DNA of 64,000 nucleotides from Bacteroidota bacterium (GCA_026390935.1 JAPLEZ010000153.1:4052-68051), one strand, 5' to 3'. Numbered from the stretch's first letter, positions 20,428-30,658 are shown. The notes: generated by a model from the letters alone, not told the origin. Program-made: numbers and translations.

Positions 20428-22226
20428 TTGGCTATTATTCTAAAACTGTTAATTCTTCCGAATTTAAATCGGCACTGAAATGCATTGCCCATCGTGGTCC
20501 CGATGACGAGGGGATTTTTGCCGTAAAAGATAATTTTTTGTTTGGACATCGTCGCTTAGCCATTATTGATCTTTCGCCAAAGGGACATCAACCCATGCAT
20601 TCCAACGATGGCAATTACACCATCATTTACAACGGAGAAGTCTACAATTTCAAAGAAGAAAGAGAAATTTTAATCGCCAAAGGATATACTTTTAATTCGC
20701 ATACCGATACTGAAGTTATTTTAAATCAATACATTGAATACGGCATTGATTTTTTAAATCGTTTGCGCGGAATGTTCGGGTTGGCGATTTACGATAAAAA
20801 ACAAAATAAAGTCGTGGTGGCCCGCGATCGAATGGGCATTAAACCAATTTACTATTACCACGATCAACATACTTTTGCTTTTGCTTCTGAACTGAAAAGT
20901 TTAAAAGAATTCAAAGCAGTGAACACCGAAAAAAATCCACAAGCCATCAGCGCGTTTTTGCAATTGGGTTCACTTCCTTTTCCACTCACATTAAACAAGC
21001 ACATTCACTATTTGGAACCTGGTTTTTATTTGGAATGGAAGGGAAATAACGAATTAAAAAAATCACAGTACTTTAATATTGAAGTAAACAAAAGACAAGG
21101 TTTGGTGTACGCCGACGAAGTAAAAAAATTACGTTCTCTTTTGCAGGAAGCGGTTTCCATTCGTACCATGTCGGATGTGCCTTTCGGTGCTTTTTTAAGC
21201 GGCGGAATTGACTCTAGTGTTGTGGTTGCTTTGATGAAATTATCGGGAGTGGAAGATTTAAAAACTTTTTCTATTTCCTTCGACGATAAAAAATATTCCG
21301 AATCGTATTTTGCGGAATTGGTGGCGAAAAAATTCAAAACGCATCATCACACTTTTATCGTTCAGCCTTCCGATGTGAAGAAGGAATTTCACAATATTGT
21401 TTCGCTGATGGATTCTCCAACAGTGGATGGCATCAATACTTATTTCGTTTCAAAATTTACACGTGAGGCGGGCATCATCATGGCCATGTCGGGATTGGGT
21501 GGTGATGAATTGTTTGGCGGCTATGATACTTTTGAGCGCTTGCCTAAATTAGTGTCTGCAAAAAGAAAAACACGAGTAGTGCCTAATTTGATTTTGAATC
21601 AGTCGGCATCCTTGCTTAAAAAGGACAAATACAAAAAGCTGGCGCAGCATTTAACTTCCTCTTCCAACGATTATGCTTCGGCATATCTGGCGTTAAGAGG
21701 CTTGCTTACCGCTAAAACAGCTGCCGATATTATGACGGTGGATGCTACTTTCAACTGTGCCGAATATTTGGAAAAATTATTGTCGGAGTTTGATTATAAG
21801 GACGAAGCCGACATCACCTCATATTTTGAAGCGCGCGTATACATGCACAATCAATTGCTGCGCGATACCGACATCATGAGTATGGCGCATTCACTGGAAG
21901 CACGTGTTCCGCTGATCGATCAAAAACTGGTTGAATTTGCGTATTCTCTTCCGCCCGAATACAGAAAAGGAAAAAGAATGCTGATTGATGCTATGGTAAA
22001 CGAATTGCCACAGGAAGTTTATAACCGACCGAAACAAGGATTTTTATTTCCTTTTCCAGTGTGGATGAAAAAAGAAATTAAGTCGGAAGTGCAGGATTTA
22101 ATTTTCATGAAAAATGATTACCTCAAAGCTACTGCAGTGGAAAAATTATGGAAAGGCTTTATGAGCGATAAGGTACACTGGTCGAGGGTTTGGCAGATAG
22201 CAGTGCTCAATAAAAAATTATCCTAA
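20415..22226 (+). CDS. Asparagine synthase (glutamine-hydrolysing)-family amidotransferase
   Basis: MCGIVGY (Cys2 Ntn nucleophile), RGPDDEG, FLSGGIDSSVVVAL PP-loop. Confidence 0.8.
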   Translation: MCGIVGYYSKTVNSSEFKSALKCIAHRGPDDEGIFAVKDNFLFGHRRLAIIDLSPKGHQPMHSNDGNYTIIYNGEVYNFKEEREILIAKGYTFNSHTDTEVILNQYIEYGIDFLNRLRGMFGLAIYDKKQNKVVVARDRMGIKPIYYYHDQHTFAFASELKSLKEFKAVNTEKNPQAISAFLQLGSLPFPLTLNKHIHYLEPGFYLEWKGNNELKKSQYFNIEVNKRQGLVYADEVKKLRSLLQEAVSIRTMSDVPFGAFLSGGIDSSVVVALMKLSGVEDLKTFSISFDDKKYSESYFAELVAKKFKTHHHTFIVQPSDVKKEFHNIVSLMDSPTVDGINTYFVSKFTREAGIIMAMSGLGGDELFGGYDTFERLPKLVSAKRKTRVVPNLILNQSASLLKKDKYKKLAQHLTSSSNDYASAYLALRGLLTAKTAADIMTVDATFNCAEYLEKLLSEFDYKDEADITSYFEARVYMHNQLLRDTDIMSMAHSLEARVPLIDQKLVEFAYSLPPEYRKGKRMLIDAMVNELPQEVYNRPKQGFLFPFPVWMKKEIKSEVQDLIFMKNDYLKATAVEKLWKGFMSDKVHWSRVWQIAVLNKKLS

Positions 22227-22280
22227 CCGACTCTTCGCAAGCGCTTTATTTCCCAACAAATTAATTGTATTTTTAGGGCC

Positions 22281-23405
22281 GTGAAAATTCTCTTTCCGAT
22301 AGGCTCATTTTACCCCGCACAGTCTGGTGGTCCCAACAATACCATTTATTGGCTGGCCAAGCGTGTAGTTCGTGAAGGTCACGAAGTAGAGGTGATCACT
22401 ACCAACGCCGGCATCAAAGAAGAACACAAAATTGCTTTGGACAAAAGCATTGATTTGGATGGCATTAAGGCCCGTTATTGTTCTACCCGTTTTCATCAAT
22501 TCCCTTTCAGCATGATTGTGCACAGCAGCAGGGCGATGAAAAATGCCGATATCGTTCAATTGAACAGCGTGTTTTATATTCCCTCCATTGTCATTGCTTT
22601 TATAGCACGTTTGAAAGGCAAAAAAGTGATTTGGTCTTCCCGCGGAGAATTAATAGGAGGTGCAATGGAATTCAGAAGTTTTCGCAAGAAAGTACGTTTA
22701 TATTTCATAAAAGCCATCATCAATAAAAATTTTACTTTTCATGGTACTTCTGCTGATGAGTTGCTATCTATTCAAGATCAATTGAAGAAAGACGCGATAC
22801 TGGTTCCGAATTACATGGAAATGCCAGTCAAAGAAGAAGAAGAGCTGCAAAAACAATTTTTATTCATTGGTAGAATTCACCCTATAAAAGCTTTGGACAA
22901 TCTAATAAAAGGAGTTGCAAAATCAAAATTGATGAAAGCTTCCGGCTATAAAATGATAATTCATGGCTATGAAGACAAAGCGGGCTATTTGCAGGAATTG
23001 CAGGAATTGATAAAATCCTTGGGAGTAGAGGGTCAAGTGGAATTCAGAGCACCGATTTCGTCCACCAAAAAATTGAAAGAGTACGCCAAAAGTCGTTTCA
23101 CTTTTTTGGTTTCCAAATCCGAAAATTTCGGCAATACCATTTTGGAGTCTTTGTCGCAAGGCACACCTGTAGTAGCCTCTAAAGGCACACCCTGGGGTGA
23201 GTTGCCAAAGATTCAAGCGGGTTTTTGGATAGAACATTCGGAAGAAGAAATTGCGCGTTGCATTGATGAAATTTTATCCATGGACGAAAGCACTTATCTT
23301 AGCTTTAGAAAAAACGCTTTTTCTTATGCTCACAGCGAATTTGATATCGATCAAAAATATTTAATTTGGATTGAGCATTATAAAAATATTTTACAAAAAC
23401 AGTGA
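22281..23405 (+). CDS. Glycosyltransferase family 4 (GT-B)
   Basis: FTFLVSKSENFGNTILESLSQGTPVVAS C-terminal GT4 motif. Confidence 0.6.
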   Translation: MKILFPIGSFYPAQSGGPNNTIYWLAKRVVREGHEVEVITTNAGIKEEHKIALDKSIDLDGIKARYCSTRFHQFPFSMIVHSSRAMKNADIVQLNSVFYIPSIVIAFIARLKGKKVIWSSRGELIGGAMEFRSFRKKVRLYFIKAIINKNFTFHGTSADELLSIQDQLKKDAILVPNYMEMPVKEEEELQKQFLFIGRIHPIKALDNLIKGVAKSKLMKASGYKMIIHGYEDKAGYLQELQELIKSLGVEGQVEFRAPISSTKKLKEYAKSRFTFLVSKSENFGNTILESLSQGTPVVASKGTPWGELPKIQAGFWIEHSEEEIARCIDEILSMDESTYLSFRKNAFSYAHSEFDIDQKYLIWIEHYKNILQKQ

Positions 23406-24256
23406 TGAGCAAAGCGCCTGTAACAGTTGTTATTCTTACGTTCAATGAATCCATTCATATTGAAAGGGCCATCCTGAACGTGAAAGAATGGGCGCAGGAG
23501 GTGATGATCCTCGATTCTCTTTCTACCGATGACACCTGTGCAAAAGCCGAGGCTTTAGGTGCAAAAGTGTATTACAATAAATTTGAGACTTACTCCAAAC
23601 AAAGAAATTTTGCCATTCAGCAATTGCCCATTCCAACTGAATGGATGTTGTTTTTAGATGCCGATGAATATTTGTTTGATGATTTAAAACAAGAGATAGC
23701 AGAGGTGTTACCTTCTGCAACGTGCAATGGATTTTATTTGAAGCGCCGCTTTTATTTCATGGGCAAATGGATAAAATACGGAGGATATTATCCCACTTAT
23801 ATTTTGCGATTATTTAAAAAACAATTCGCAAAATGCGAGCGTGAAATCAATGAGCACATCAAAGTAGAAGGTGAAATAAAAACCCTCAAAGGTGATTTCG
23901 CCGACGAGAATTTAAAAGGCTTGTCCTCCTGGATTGAGAAACACAACAAGTATGCTTCTTTTGAAGCGCAGGATTTATACCGTCGTGAGCAGGAAGGAGT
24001 GGATGAGGGAGAAGCTGCAAAACTCTTTGGAAAACAAAACGAAAGAAAACGCTGGATAGTAAAAAAAATTTGGAATCCCTTGATGCCAAAGCTCATCAGA
24101 CCATTTATATATTTTGGATACCGCTATTTTTTCCGTTTGGGATTTTTAGATGGCCGCCGCGGATTCATCTACCATTATCTCCAAGGTTTGTGGTTGTGGT
24201 TTCTCATTGATGCAAAGTATGTTGAATTAAAAAGACAAAAGAATGAAGGAAAATAG
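23402..24256 (+). CDS. Glycosyltransferase family 2
   Basis: VTVVILTFNES...LDSLSTDD...FLDADEY (GT2 DxD-type motifs). Confidence 0.7.
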   Translation: MMSKAPVTVVILTFNESIHIERAILNVKEWAQEVMILDSLSTDDTCAKAEALGAKVYYNKFETYSKQRNFAIQQLPIPTEWMLFLDADEYLFDDLKQEIAEVLPSATCNGFYLKRRFYFMGKWIKYGGYYPTYILRLFKKQFAKCEREINEHIKVEGEIKTLKGDFADENLKGLSSWIEKHNKYASFEAQDLYRREQEGVDEGEAAKLFGKQNERKRWIVKKIWNPLMPKLIRPFIYFGYRYFFRLGFLDGRRGFIYHYLQGLWLWFLIDAKYVELKRQKNEGK

Positions 24257-25058
24257 TGAAGCAAAAAATGATGTGAGGGATTTCTGGAACCAGGCATCAT
24301 GTGGTGAGGAATTGTATTTGCACAGTCGAGATAGCGAAGGTTTTGAGCAGCAAATGAAAAAGCGTTACGAGCTGGAACCTTACATTTTAGATTTCGCAGG
24401 ATTTAAAGAAGGCGCCGGAAAAAAGGTATTGGAAATTGGTGTTGGATTGGGTGCTGATCATGAAATGTGGGCGCGTAACAATCCCGAATTGTTTGGTGTG
24501 GATTTAACTCCTCGTGCCATTGAAAATACAACTGAGCGTTTTAAAAGCAAAGGATTGAAATCGACTTTAAAAGTAGACGATGCAGAGAAATTATCTTTTG
24601 CCGACAATACTTTTGATATCGTTTATTCCTGGGGCGTATTGCACCATTCACCCAATACACCAACTGCCATCAACGAAGTACACCGTGTTTTAAAACCGGG
24701 CGGCACTGCAAAAATCATGATTTACTACAAGTACAGTTTTGTGGGATATATGTTGTGGGTGAAATATGCTTTACTGAAATTCAAACCTTTCACTTCCCTG
24801 AAAACCATTTACCACAAGTACTTGGAAAGTCCGGGAACAAAAGCCTACTCCAAAAAAGAAGCTTTTGAATTGTTTAAGAATTACAAAGACGTTAAAATTA
24901 CAACGGTGTTAACGCACGGCGATTTATTAACGTCGGCAGCGGGACAGCGCCATGAAGGAAAAATGCTCGACATTGCCCGCAAAATATGGCCGCGATTTTT
25001 AATCAAAACTTTTTTCCCAAGTCACGGATTATTCATGTTAATCACAGCTAAAAAATAG
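24243..25058 (+). CDS. Class I SAM-dependent methyltransferase
   Basis: VLEIGVGLGAD motif I, ...IVYSWGVLHH. Confidence 0.65.
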   Translation: MKENSEAKNDVRDFWNQASCGEELYLHSRDSEGFEQQMKKRYELEPYILDFAGFKEGAGKKVLEIGVGLGADHEMWARNNPELFGVDLTPRAIENTTERFKSKGLKSTLKVDDAEKLSFADNTFDIVYSWGVLHHSPNTPTAINEVHRVLKPGGTAKIMIYYKYSFVGYMLWVKYALLKFKPFTSLKTIYHKYLESPGTKAYSKKEAFELFKNYKDVKITTVLTHGDLLTSAAGQRHEGKMLDIARKIWPRFLIKTFFPSHGLFMLITAKK

Positions 25059-26947
25059 TGTGCGGCATTTACGGATATATCGGACTGAGTGACGACAGCG
25101 TTTTAAAAAAGATGAGCGCTGCCATGCGCCATCGCGGACCTGATGCGCAAGGATTTTGGGGAGAAGATCAGGTTTTTCTCGGACAAAATCGCTTGTCGAT
25201 TATTGATTTAAGTTCCTCTGCTACACAACCGCTCTTCAATGAAGATGGATCGGTGGTGCTGGTGTTCAACGGAGAGATATACAATTACAAAGAATTGCGT
25301 GAAGAATTGTTGCAGAAAGGACATGTTTTCAAAAGCGAATCCGATTCGGAAGTGCTCGTGCATCTGTACGAAGAAGAGGGAATCACCATGCTTTCCAGCA
25401 TTCGCGGAATGTTTGCTTTTGTGATTTACGATAGAAAGAAAAAGCAAACTTTTATAGCGCGCGATCATTTTGGCATTAAGCCTTTGTATATTTTTCAAAA
25501 GGCGGGACACTTCGCTTTTGCCTCTGAAATGAAGGCTTTGCAGCAACATCCCGAAGTAAAATTTGAAGTGAATCCAAAAGCAGTGTTGGATCATTTGTCT
25601 TTTTTATGGTGTCCTTTTCCAAAAACAATGGCCAGCGATGTAACAAAGCTGGAGCCTGGAACGGCGCTAATTTTAGAAGGCAGCGAAATAAAAAAGAAAT
25701 GGAATTTTTATGATATTCCTTACACGGGAAGACACATGGATATTTCGGAAAAGGATGCGGTGGCGGAATTGGATCGCTTGCTGGAAGCCAGCATCAGCGA
25801 GCAGTTGGTGAGTGATGTTCCACTGGGATTGTTTTTATCGGGAGGATTGGATTCTTCATTGATTGCCGCTTATGTGCGCAAACTGAAACCACAACAAAAA
25901 ATAAAAGCATTCACCATTGATATACAGGGGGCCGACATGGAAGGCAATCCCAATGATTTGCCTTATGCGCGCAAAGTGGCGAAAGATTTAAATATCGATT
26001 TAGAAGAAATTATTGTAACGCCTGCCGAGGTGTTGAAACACCTGGAAGAACTCACGTATATTTTGGATGAACCGCTTGCCGATCCTGCAGCAGTAAATGT
26101 TTTGCTGATCACTAAAATTGCCCGCGAAAAAGGATATATCGTTTTGTTATCGGGAGCAGGTGGAGATGATGTGTTTTCTGGTTACCGCCGCCATCAGGCG
26201 ATGCTACTCGATTTGAAGCTATTTAAATTACCGGCCTTCTCCAGAAAGCTGATGGAATTTGCAGGAAAAAAATTACCGGTTATCAATCCTAAAATCCGAA
26301 AAGCAAAAAAATATTTGCAAAATTTTGGTGCATCATTGAATGACAGATTGGTGTCGTATTATTGCTGGTTGGATGAAAGGAAAGCGCATTCGTTGTTGAC
26401 AAATTCTTTCAATGAGAAATTGAAAGATTACTCATCAATAAAAAATTTGGAGCTTGCTTTTCAAAATATTCCAAATGAAAAATCGGCACTGAATAAAATG
26501 CTCTATCTCGAAAGTAAATATTTTTTAGTGGATCACAACCTCAATTATTCCGATAAAATGAGTATGTGTAATTCTGTGGAAACCCGCGTTCCTTTTATGG
26601 ATTACCGCATTGTGGATTTTGCTGCGCAGTTGCCTGTTGAATTGAAGTTGCAAAACGGACAAGCGAAATACATCCTGAAAAAAGTAGCAGAAAAATATTT
26701 GGATAAAGATATCATCTACCGTAAAAAAACCGGATTTGGTGCTCCTTTGCGGGATTGGATCTTAAATGATTTCCAACCTCTTTTTGATAAATATCTCAAT
26801 AAAGAAATCATGCAAAGGCACGGTGTATTCAAACACGATGCAGTGTGGAAAATGATTAAAGACAATGCTTCCGGAAAAAGCGATTCGGCCTATAGTATCT
26901 TCTCCGTGATTTGTATTTCTATCTGGATGGAAAGATTTCAGAAATGA
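25058..26947 (+). CDS. Asparagine synthase (glutamine-hydrolysing)-family amidotransferase, second paralogue
   Basis: MCGIYGY, RGPDAQG, FLSGGLDSSLIAAY; 3' end overlaps next gene by 37 nt. Confidence 0.8.
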   Translation: MCGIYGYIGLSDDSVLKKMSAAMRHRGPDAQGFWGEDQVFLGQNRLSIIDLSSSATQPLFNEDGSVVLVFNGEIYNYKELREELLQKGHVFKSESDSEVLVHLYEEEGITMLSSIRGMFAFVIYDRKKKQTFIARDHFGIKPLYIFQKAGHFAFASEMKALQQHPEVKFEVNPKAVLDHLSFLWCPFPKTMASDVTKLEPGTALILEGSEIKKKWNFYDIPYTGRHMDISEKDAVAELDRLLEASISEQLVSDVPLGLFLSGGLDSSLIAAYVRKLKPQQKIKAFTIDIQGADMEGNPNDLPYARKVAKDLNIDLEEIIVTPAEVLKHLEELTYILDEPLADPAAVNVLLITKIAREKGYIVLLSGAGGDDVFSGYRRHQAMLLDLKLFKLPAFSRKLMEFAGKKLPVINPKIRKAKKYLQNFGASLNDRLVSYYCWLDERKAHSLLTNSFNEKLKDYSSIKNLELAFQNIPNEKSALNKMLYLESKYFLVDHNLNYSDKMSMCNSVETRVPFMDYRIVDFAAQLPVELKLQNGQAKYILKKVAEKYLDKDIIYRKKTGFGAPLRDWILNDFQPLFDKYLNKEIMQRHGVFKHDAVWKMIKDNASGKSDSAYSIFSVICISIWMERFQK

Positions 26948-27396
26948 TTTTTTTTAAAAAAATAAGCACGCATATTTTCCAATCGGATTTCGAGTTTAAA
27001 AAATTGTTGATCAAAGCCTTTTTTTATTCCATGACGGTGCGTTTCATGATGCTGTTTGTGAAATACAATCGTTATGAAAAGCGTTTGGGGAAAAGAGGCG
27101 AAACAGATACTTACACCTTAAGCGAAAAAGAGTTTGCCATTGCACACAACATCGCAAAAGCTTTGAACGGTGTGAGCAATTATACTTTGTGGGAAAGCAA
27201 ATGTATGGTGCAGGCCGTATCGGCAAAATGGATGCTGCAAAAATATTCTATCCCAAGCACCATTTATTTTGGAATAGCAAAAGATGAAGACAATAAAAGT
27301 AAATTAAAAGCGCACGCGTGGTTGAAAGTGGGCGACTGTGTGGTTACTGGTCGTGCCGGTCATGAGCAATATAAAGTGGTTAATTTTTATTCCTGA
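26911..27396 (+). CDS. Lasso peptide biosynthesis B2 protein (transglutaminase-like Cys protease, leader peptidase)
   Basis: 161 aa; WESKCMVQAV (catalytic Cys), KAHAWLKVGDCVV (His/Asp) - pattern of lasso B2/McjB C-domain. Confidence 0.65.
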   Translation: MYFYLDGKISEMIFFKKISTHIFQSDFEFKKLLIKAFFYSMTVRFMMLFVKYNRYEKRLGKRGETDTYTLSEKEFAIAHNIAKALNGVSNYTLWESKCMVQAVSAKWMLQKYSIPSTIYFGIAKDEDNKSKLKAHAWLKVGDCVVTGRAGHEQYKVVNFYS

Positions 27397-27728
27397 CTTT
27401 ATTCCTCACAAAAACATAGGGCCAGAAGAGAGATCTTCAGCGGGAATCAATTAATCTATTGGTTTACCCATTTAAATTACAAAAACTAAATTTGACAGAA
27501 ATATTTTTGTATAGATCCTGCAAAAAGTTCAGGATGACGTTGGCTAGGTATCTCCTGAAGATTATGGTTCACCTTGGTCATCCTGAACTTGTTTCAGGAT
27601 CTATAAAAGAACCCGCCAGGCACTTCATGCATAGTGGATGACGACGTGGTGAAGCGAAGAATCGGGTATGAAAAATGGAATGTTTAATTTTTATTCCTGA
27701 CTTTATTCCTCACAAAAACATAGGGCCA
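27381..27728. repeat. 44-bp direct repeat (27381-27424 and 27685-27728) flanking a ~260-bp insert that carries an imperfect 25-bp inverted repeat (27514-27538 / 27577-27601)
   Basis: Copies identical by eye; copy 1 encodes the C-terminus of B2 (+), copy 2 encodes the C-terminus of the nucleotidyltransferase (-). Confidence 0.6.
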
Positions 27729-28811
27729 AAACAAAGGATATAAAAACGATAAAGTTGCTGGCAAGGAAACATATTTGTACATAAAAAACGGATAGTTGTA
27801 CAAATAAAATAAGCGTGCTCTGAAAGATCCGCTATGTTCCACTTCCACTGCCAGTCGTTTTAATTTGTATGAAACACTTTCACGATTGATAGGAGGATCA
27901 ATGCTTCCAGGAATATATAAAATGAGTGATCTTGCTTTTTCCTTGCTTTTAAATGTGATTTTATTTTTTATTTCCGATGAATAATTTTTTGTTTTTAAAA
28001 GATCTTCAAGTAATGCAAAAGTAATGGACAATTGTTTATCAAATCCATGTTTTTCAGAAAGACGGATCAGATTATTTATTTCTACTTCGGAGGATTTTTT
28101 AACTAAGATATCTAGATCCACCAACCACATCAATCTTTCCCATGCGTGCTGAAATCCGTGCAATAAAAGATATGCTAAATATTGGGCGTTGCCCATGGTA
28201 GAAAATTCAGTGTTGCCAATTTTAATCGTTTGCTTTTCTTTCCAAATATCTTGGAAAGAGAGCGGTAAAATATAGTTGTTTCTGAAGAGTCGCCAATGAA
28301 TTTCAAGGTTTACTTTTTTTTCAGGATGATGGTATAAAAACTGGTCGAAGTTTTTAATCAATACTTCTTTTTGATTTTCTTTTATTTCAAATTCCGGACT
28401 CGTTCTTTTCCATCCAGCAGCAAGCAATATGTTGTTGATGCGAAAGAGCTCGTTGGGCGCAATTAACAAGTCGATATCCAAAGAAGGGCGACAAAGTTTA
28501 TTGCCATGTAAAATCTGGTTGAGCGCCAAGCCCTTTAACAGCAGAAACGAAAGCTGATTTTGTTGAAATAGCGCATTCAGCTCTAAGAGTGTTTTTTGTT
28601 GTCGGAAAGCCTTGCGAGAATCTGCAGTTATTTTTTGTTGCAAGCTATCTGTAAATTGATCAGCCAAGAATAGTTGCAGTTTGTGCTTCACTATGGTAGC
28701 GTGTTCAATAGAGTATGAGGTAGCATGATGGGTGTTGCCCAAACGAAATGCCAAGAGCTCAGTGAGATTCACAAAGTCTTCACAATAAGTTGATTTTAAC
28801 GCGGCGCTCAT
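27684..28811 (-). CDS. Uncharacterised nucleotidyltransferase-family protein (PF14907-like) of the type found in kinase-containing lasso peptide clusters
   Basis: SLDIDLLIAPNELFRINNILLAAGWKR ... HWRLF pattern; genomic context next to HPr-kinase-like gene. Confidence 0.5.
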   Translation of the reverse strand: MSAALKSTYCEDFVNLTELLAFRLGNTHHATSYSIEHATIVKHKLQLFLADQFTDSLQQKITADSRKAFRQQKTLLELNALFQQNQLSFLLLKGLALNQILHGNKLCRPSLDIDLLIAPNELFRINNILLAAGWKRTSPEFEIKENQKEVLIKNFDQFLYHHPEKKVNLEIHWRLFRNNYILPLSFQDIWKEKQTIKIGNTEFSTMGNAQYLAYLLLHGFQHAWERLMWLVDLDILVKKSSEVEINNLIRLSEKHGFDKQLSITFALLEDLLKTKNYSSEIKNKITFKSKEKARSLILYIPGSIDPPINRESVSYKLKRLAVEVEHSGSFRARLFYLYNYPFFMYKYVSLPATLSFLYPLFWPYVFVRNKVRNKN

Positions 28812-28897
28812 CTGCAGCTAAAATACATACTTTTATAGTTAACAAGTTGTGCTTCTCAAAATATTGTGTTTTAGCGTTAATGAATTACTTTTACGCC

Positions 28898-29791
28898 ATG
28901 GAAAAAAGATATATAGCGGGCGGAATAGTGATTGAAACCGACATTCACTTTCCTGAATTTGTGGAAAGCACTGAACAGCCAGATGTTCAGGTGGTTTACG
29001 GAAAAGTTCCCGAAGAAATTGAAAATCCAAAATCACAGCGGGTTTTGGTGCAGTCGAATGAAAATGAAGTTTTATTGAAAATGCCCGGTGTTGCCAGATA
29101 TTTGGTAGAAGGGGATTCAAAAATTACCATTGAACTGACTGATGAAAATCGTAAAAATGATGCCGAAAAATACGTCCTCACTTTTATCTTAGGTGTATTG
29201 TCCTTCAAAAAAGGATTTTTCCCTTTGCATGGTGGTGGCGTGGTTCACAAGGGCGAAGCCTACTTGTTCACGGGGCATTCAGGTGCGGGAAAATCAACTA
29301 CTTTGGCCGGATTGGCACAAAGAGGTTTTCAGCCTTTGGCCGATGATATCTCCAATTTTTTTGTTCATGACGGAAAAGTATTTGTTCATCCTTGTTTTCC
29401 CCGATTTAAATTGTGGAAGGACAGCATGCAAATGCTCAACAATGAAGGAAGTGGTGAATACAAATTGGGAACCGACATTGAAAAATATTTAGTTCCTGTT
29501 GGTGATGATTTTCCTACAGGACCAATTCCTGTGAAACGAATTTATTTGTTGCAGGAAGATCGTGACGACAAAACATTTTTTAAAGAAATAAAGGGGAAAG
29601 AGAAGTTGATGAAGCTGAAGCAAAACTCTTATAAACCTTGGATGGTAAAGGCATTTAATCTCAATCAGAAACATTTTTCATTGATGAATGATATCGCCGC
29701 TCAAGTGGAATTGAAGGAGTTTCATCGTCCTTTCGATAAAAAGAAAATTAACGAGATGTATGAATTTTTGATCAAAGATATTCAGGGATAA
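28898..29791 (+). CDS. HPr kinase/phosphorylase C-terminal-domain-like Ser/Thr kinase (lasso peptide kinase candidate)
   Basis: LFTGHSGAGKSTTLAGLAQRGFQPLADD (HprK P-loop + LADD); ATG at 28898 chosen over track start 28790, which overlaps the divergent gene. Confidence 0.7.
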   Translation: MEKRYIAGGIVIETDIHFPEFVESTEQPDVQVVYGKVPEEIENPKSQRVLVQSNENEVLLKMPGVARYLVEGDSKITIELTDENRKNDAEKYVLTFILGVLSFKKGFFPLHGGGVVHKGEAYLFTGHSGAGKSTTLAGLAQRGFQPLADDISNFFVHDGKVFVHPCFPRFKLWKDSMQMLNNEGSGEYKLGTDIEKYLVPVGDDFPTGPIPVKRIYLLQEDRDDKTFFKEIKGKEKLMKLKQNSYKPWMVKAFNLNQKHFSLMNDIAAQVELKEFHRPFDKKKINEMYEFLIKDIQG

Positions 29792-30658
29792 GTGCAAGGA
29801 AAAAACAACATAATTTGGCTTACGTCTTATCCTAAATCGGGCAATACCTGGATGCGCATGTTTTTGCATGCGTTGAAAACCGGTTGTGATCATGTGGAAA
29901 ATTTTGAACAGATTGAAGGTTCTGATGGCATTGCTTCTTCACGCTCTTTGTTGGATGAGTTATTGGGAATATATACTTCCGACATGGTGGATATTGAAAT
30001 TCAGAAATTAAGAGCAGATGCTTATCGCTTGTATTCATCTGAATTGACAGAAGAAATTATTGTGAAAGTTCATGATGCTGCTTTTCATGGCGGCATATTG
30101 ACTTTCCCTAAAGAGGTCACAAAAAAAGTAATTTACATAGTTAGAAATCCTTTTGATATGGTGGCTTCTTATGCTAATCATATGGGAAGCAGCATTGAAA
30201 AATCAGTGCAGTCTTTATGCGATGGAAATGGATTTTTGGCTGGAAATAAAAAGAAACTAAACAACCAAGTTACCCAATACATGGGCTCGTGGAGCGATCA
30301 CTACAACTCCTGGAAAAATTTGTATCGTGAAAATATTGAGGTGATTCGTTATGAAGATATGCTCAATGATTCCTTCGCTACTTTTAATAAAGTGGTGAAA
30401 TGCATCGGATGGGAGAAAACAAATGAGGAAATTGAAAAGGCAATAAGTGTGAGCGATTTTAAAAATTTGCGGTCGGTGGAAGAGCAGGCTGGATTTAGAG
30501 AGAAACCGAAAGAGACAAAACATTTTTTCCGACAAGGAAAATCCGGACAATGGAAAAATGAAATTACCCCTGAACAAGCGAAAACACTGGTCGACAGGCA
30601 TTTTTATACTTTGTTGGAATTGAATTATATTGATGCAGCGGGAAATATTTTGGTATGA
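29792..30658 (+). CDS. Sulfotransferase-domain protein (PAPS-dependent)
   Basis: IIWLTSYPKSGNTWMRMF (5'-PSB motif), IYIVRNPFDMVAS (3'-PB region). Confidence 0.7.
   Translation: MQGKNNIIWLTSYPKSGNTWMRMFLHALKTGCDHVENFEQIEGSDGIASSRSLLDELLGIYTSDMVDIEIQKLRADAYRLYSSELTEEIIVKVHDAAFHGGILTFPKEVTKKVIYIVRNPFDMVASYANHMGSSIEKSVQSLCDGNGFLAGNKKKLNNQVTQYMGSWSDHYNSWKNLYRENIEVIRYEDMLNDSFATFNKVVKCIGWEKTNEEIEKAISVSDFKNLRSVEEQAGFREKPKETKHFFRQGKSGQWKNEITPEQAKTLVDRHFYTLLELNYIDAAGNILV

Noticed and set aside
27459-27641. 60-aa ORF inside the 260-bp insert
   Set aside because: Lies entirely within the inverted-repeat element between duplicated 44-mers; no start context; likely non-coding
27425-27684. Possible tRNA or CRISPR repeat in intergenic insert
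   Set aside because: No tRNA T-arm/anticodon-arm signatures and only a single inverted repeat pair; no repeat-spacer periodicity anywhere in the window
28790-28897. Extended N-terminus of the HPr-kinase-like ORF
   Set aside because: It would overlap the divergently transcribed nucleotidyltransferase gene start by 22 nt; internal ATG at 28898 (MEKRYIAGG) is the more plausible start
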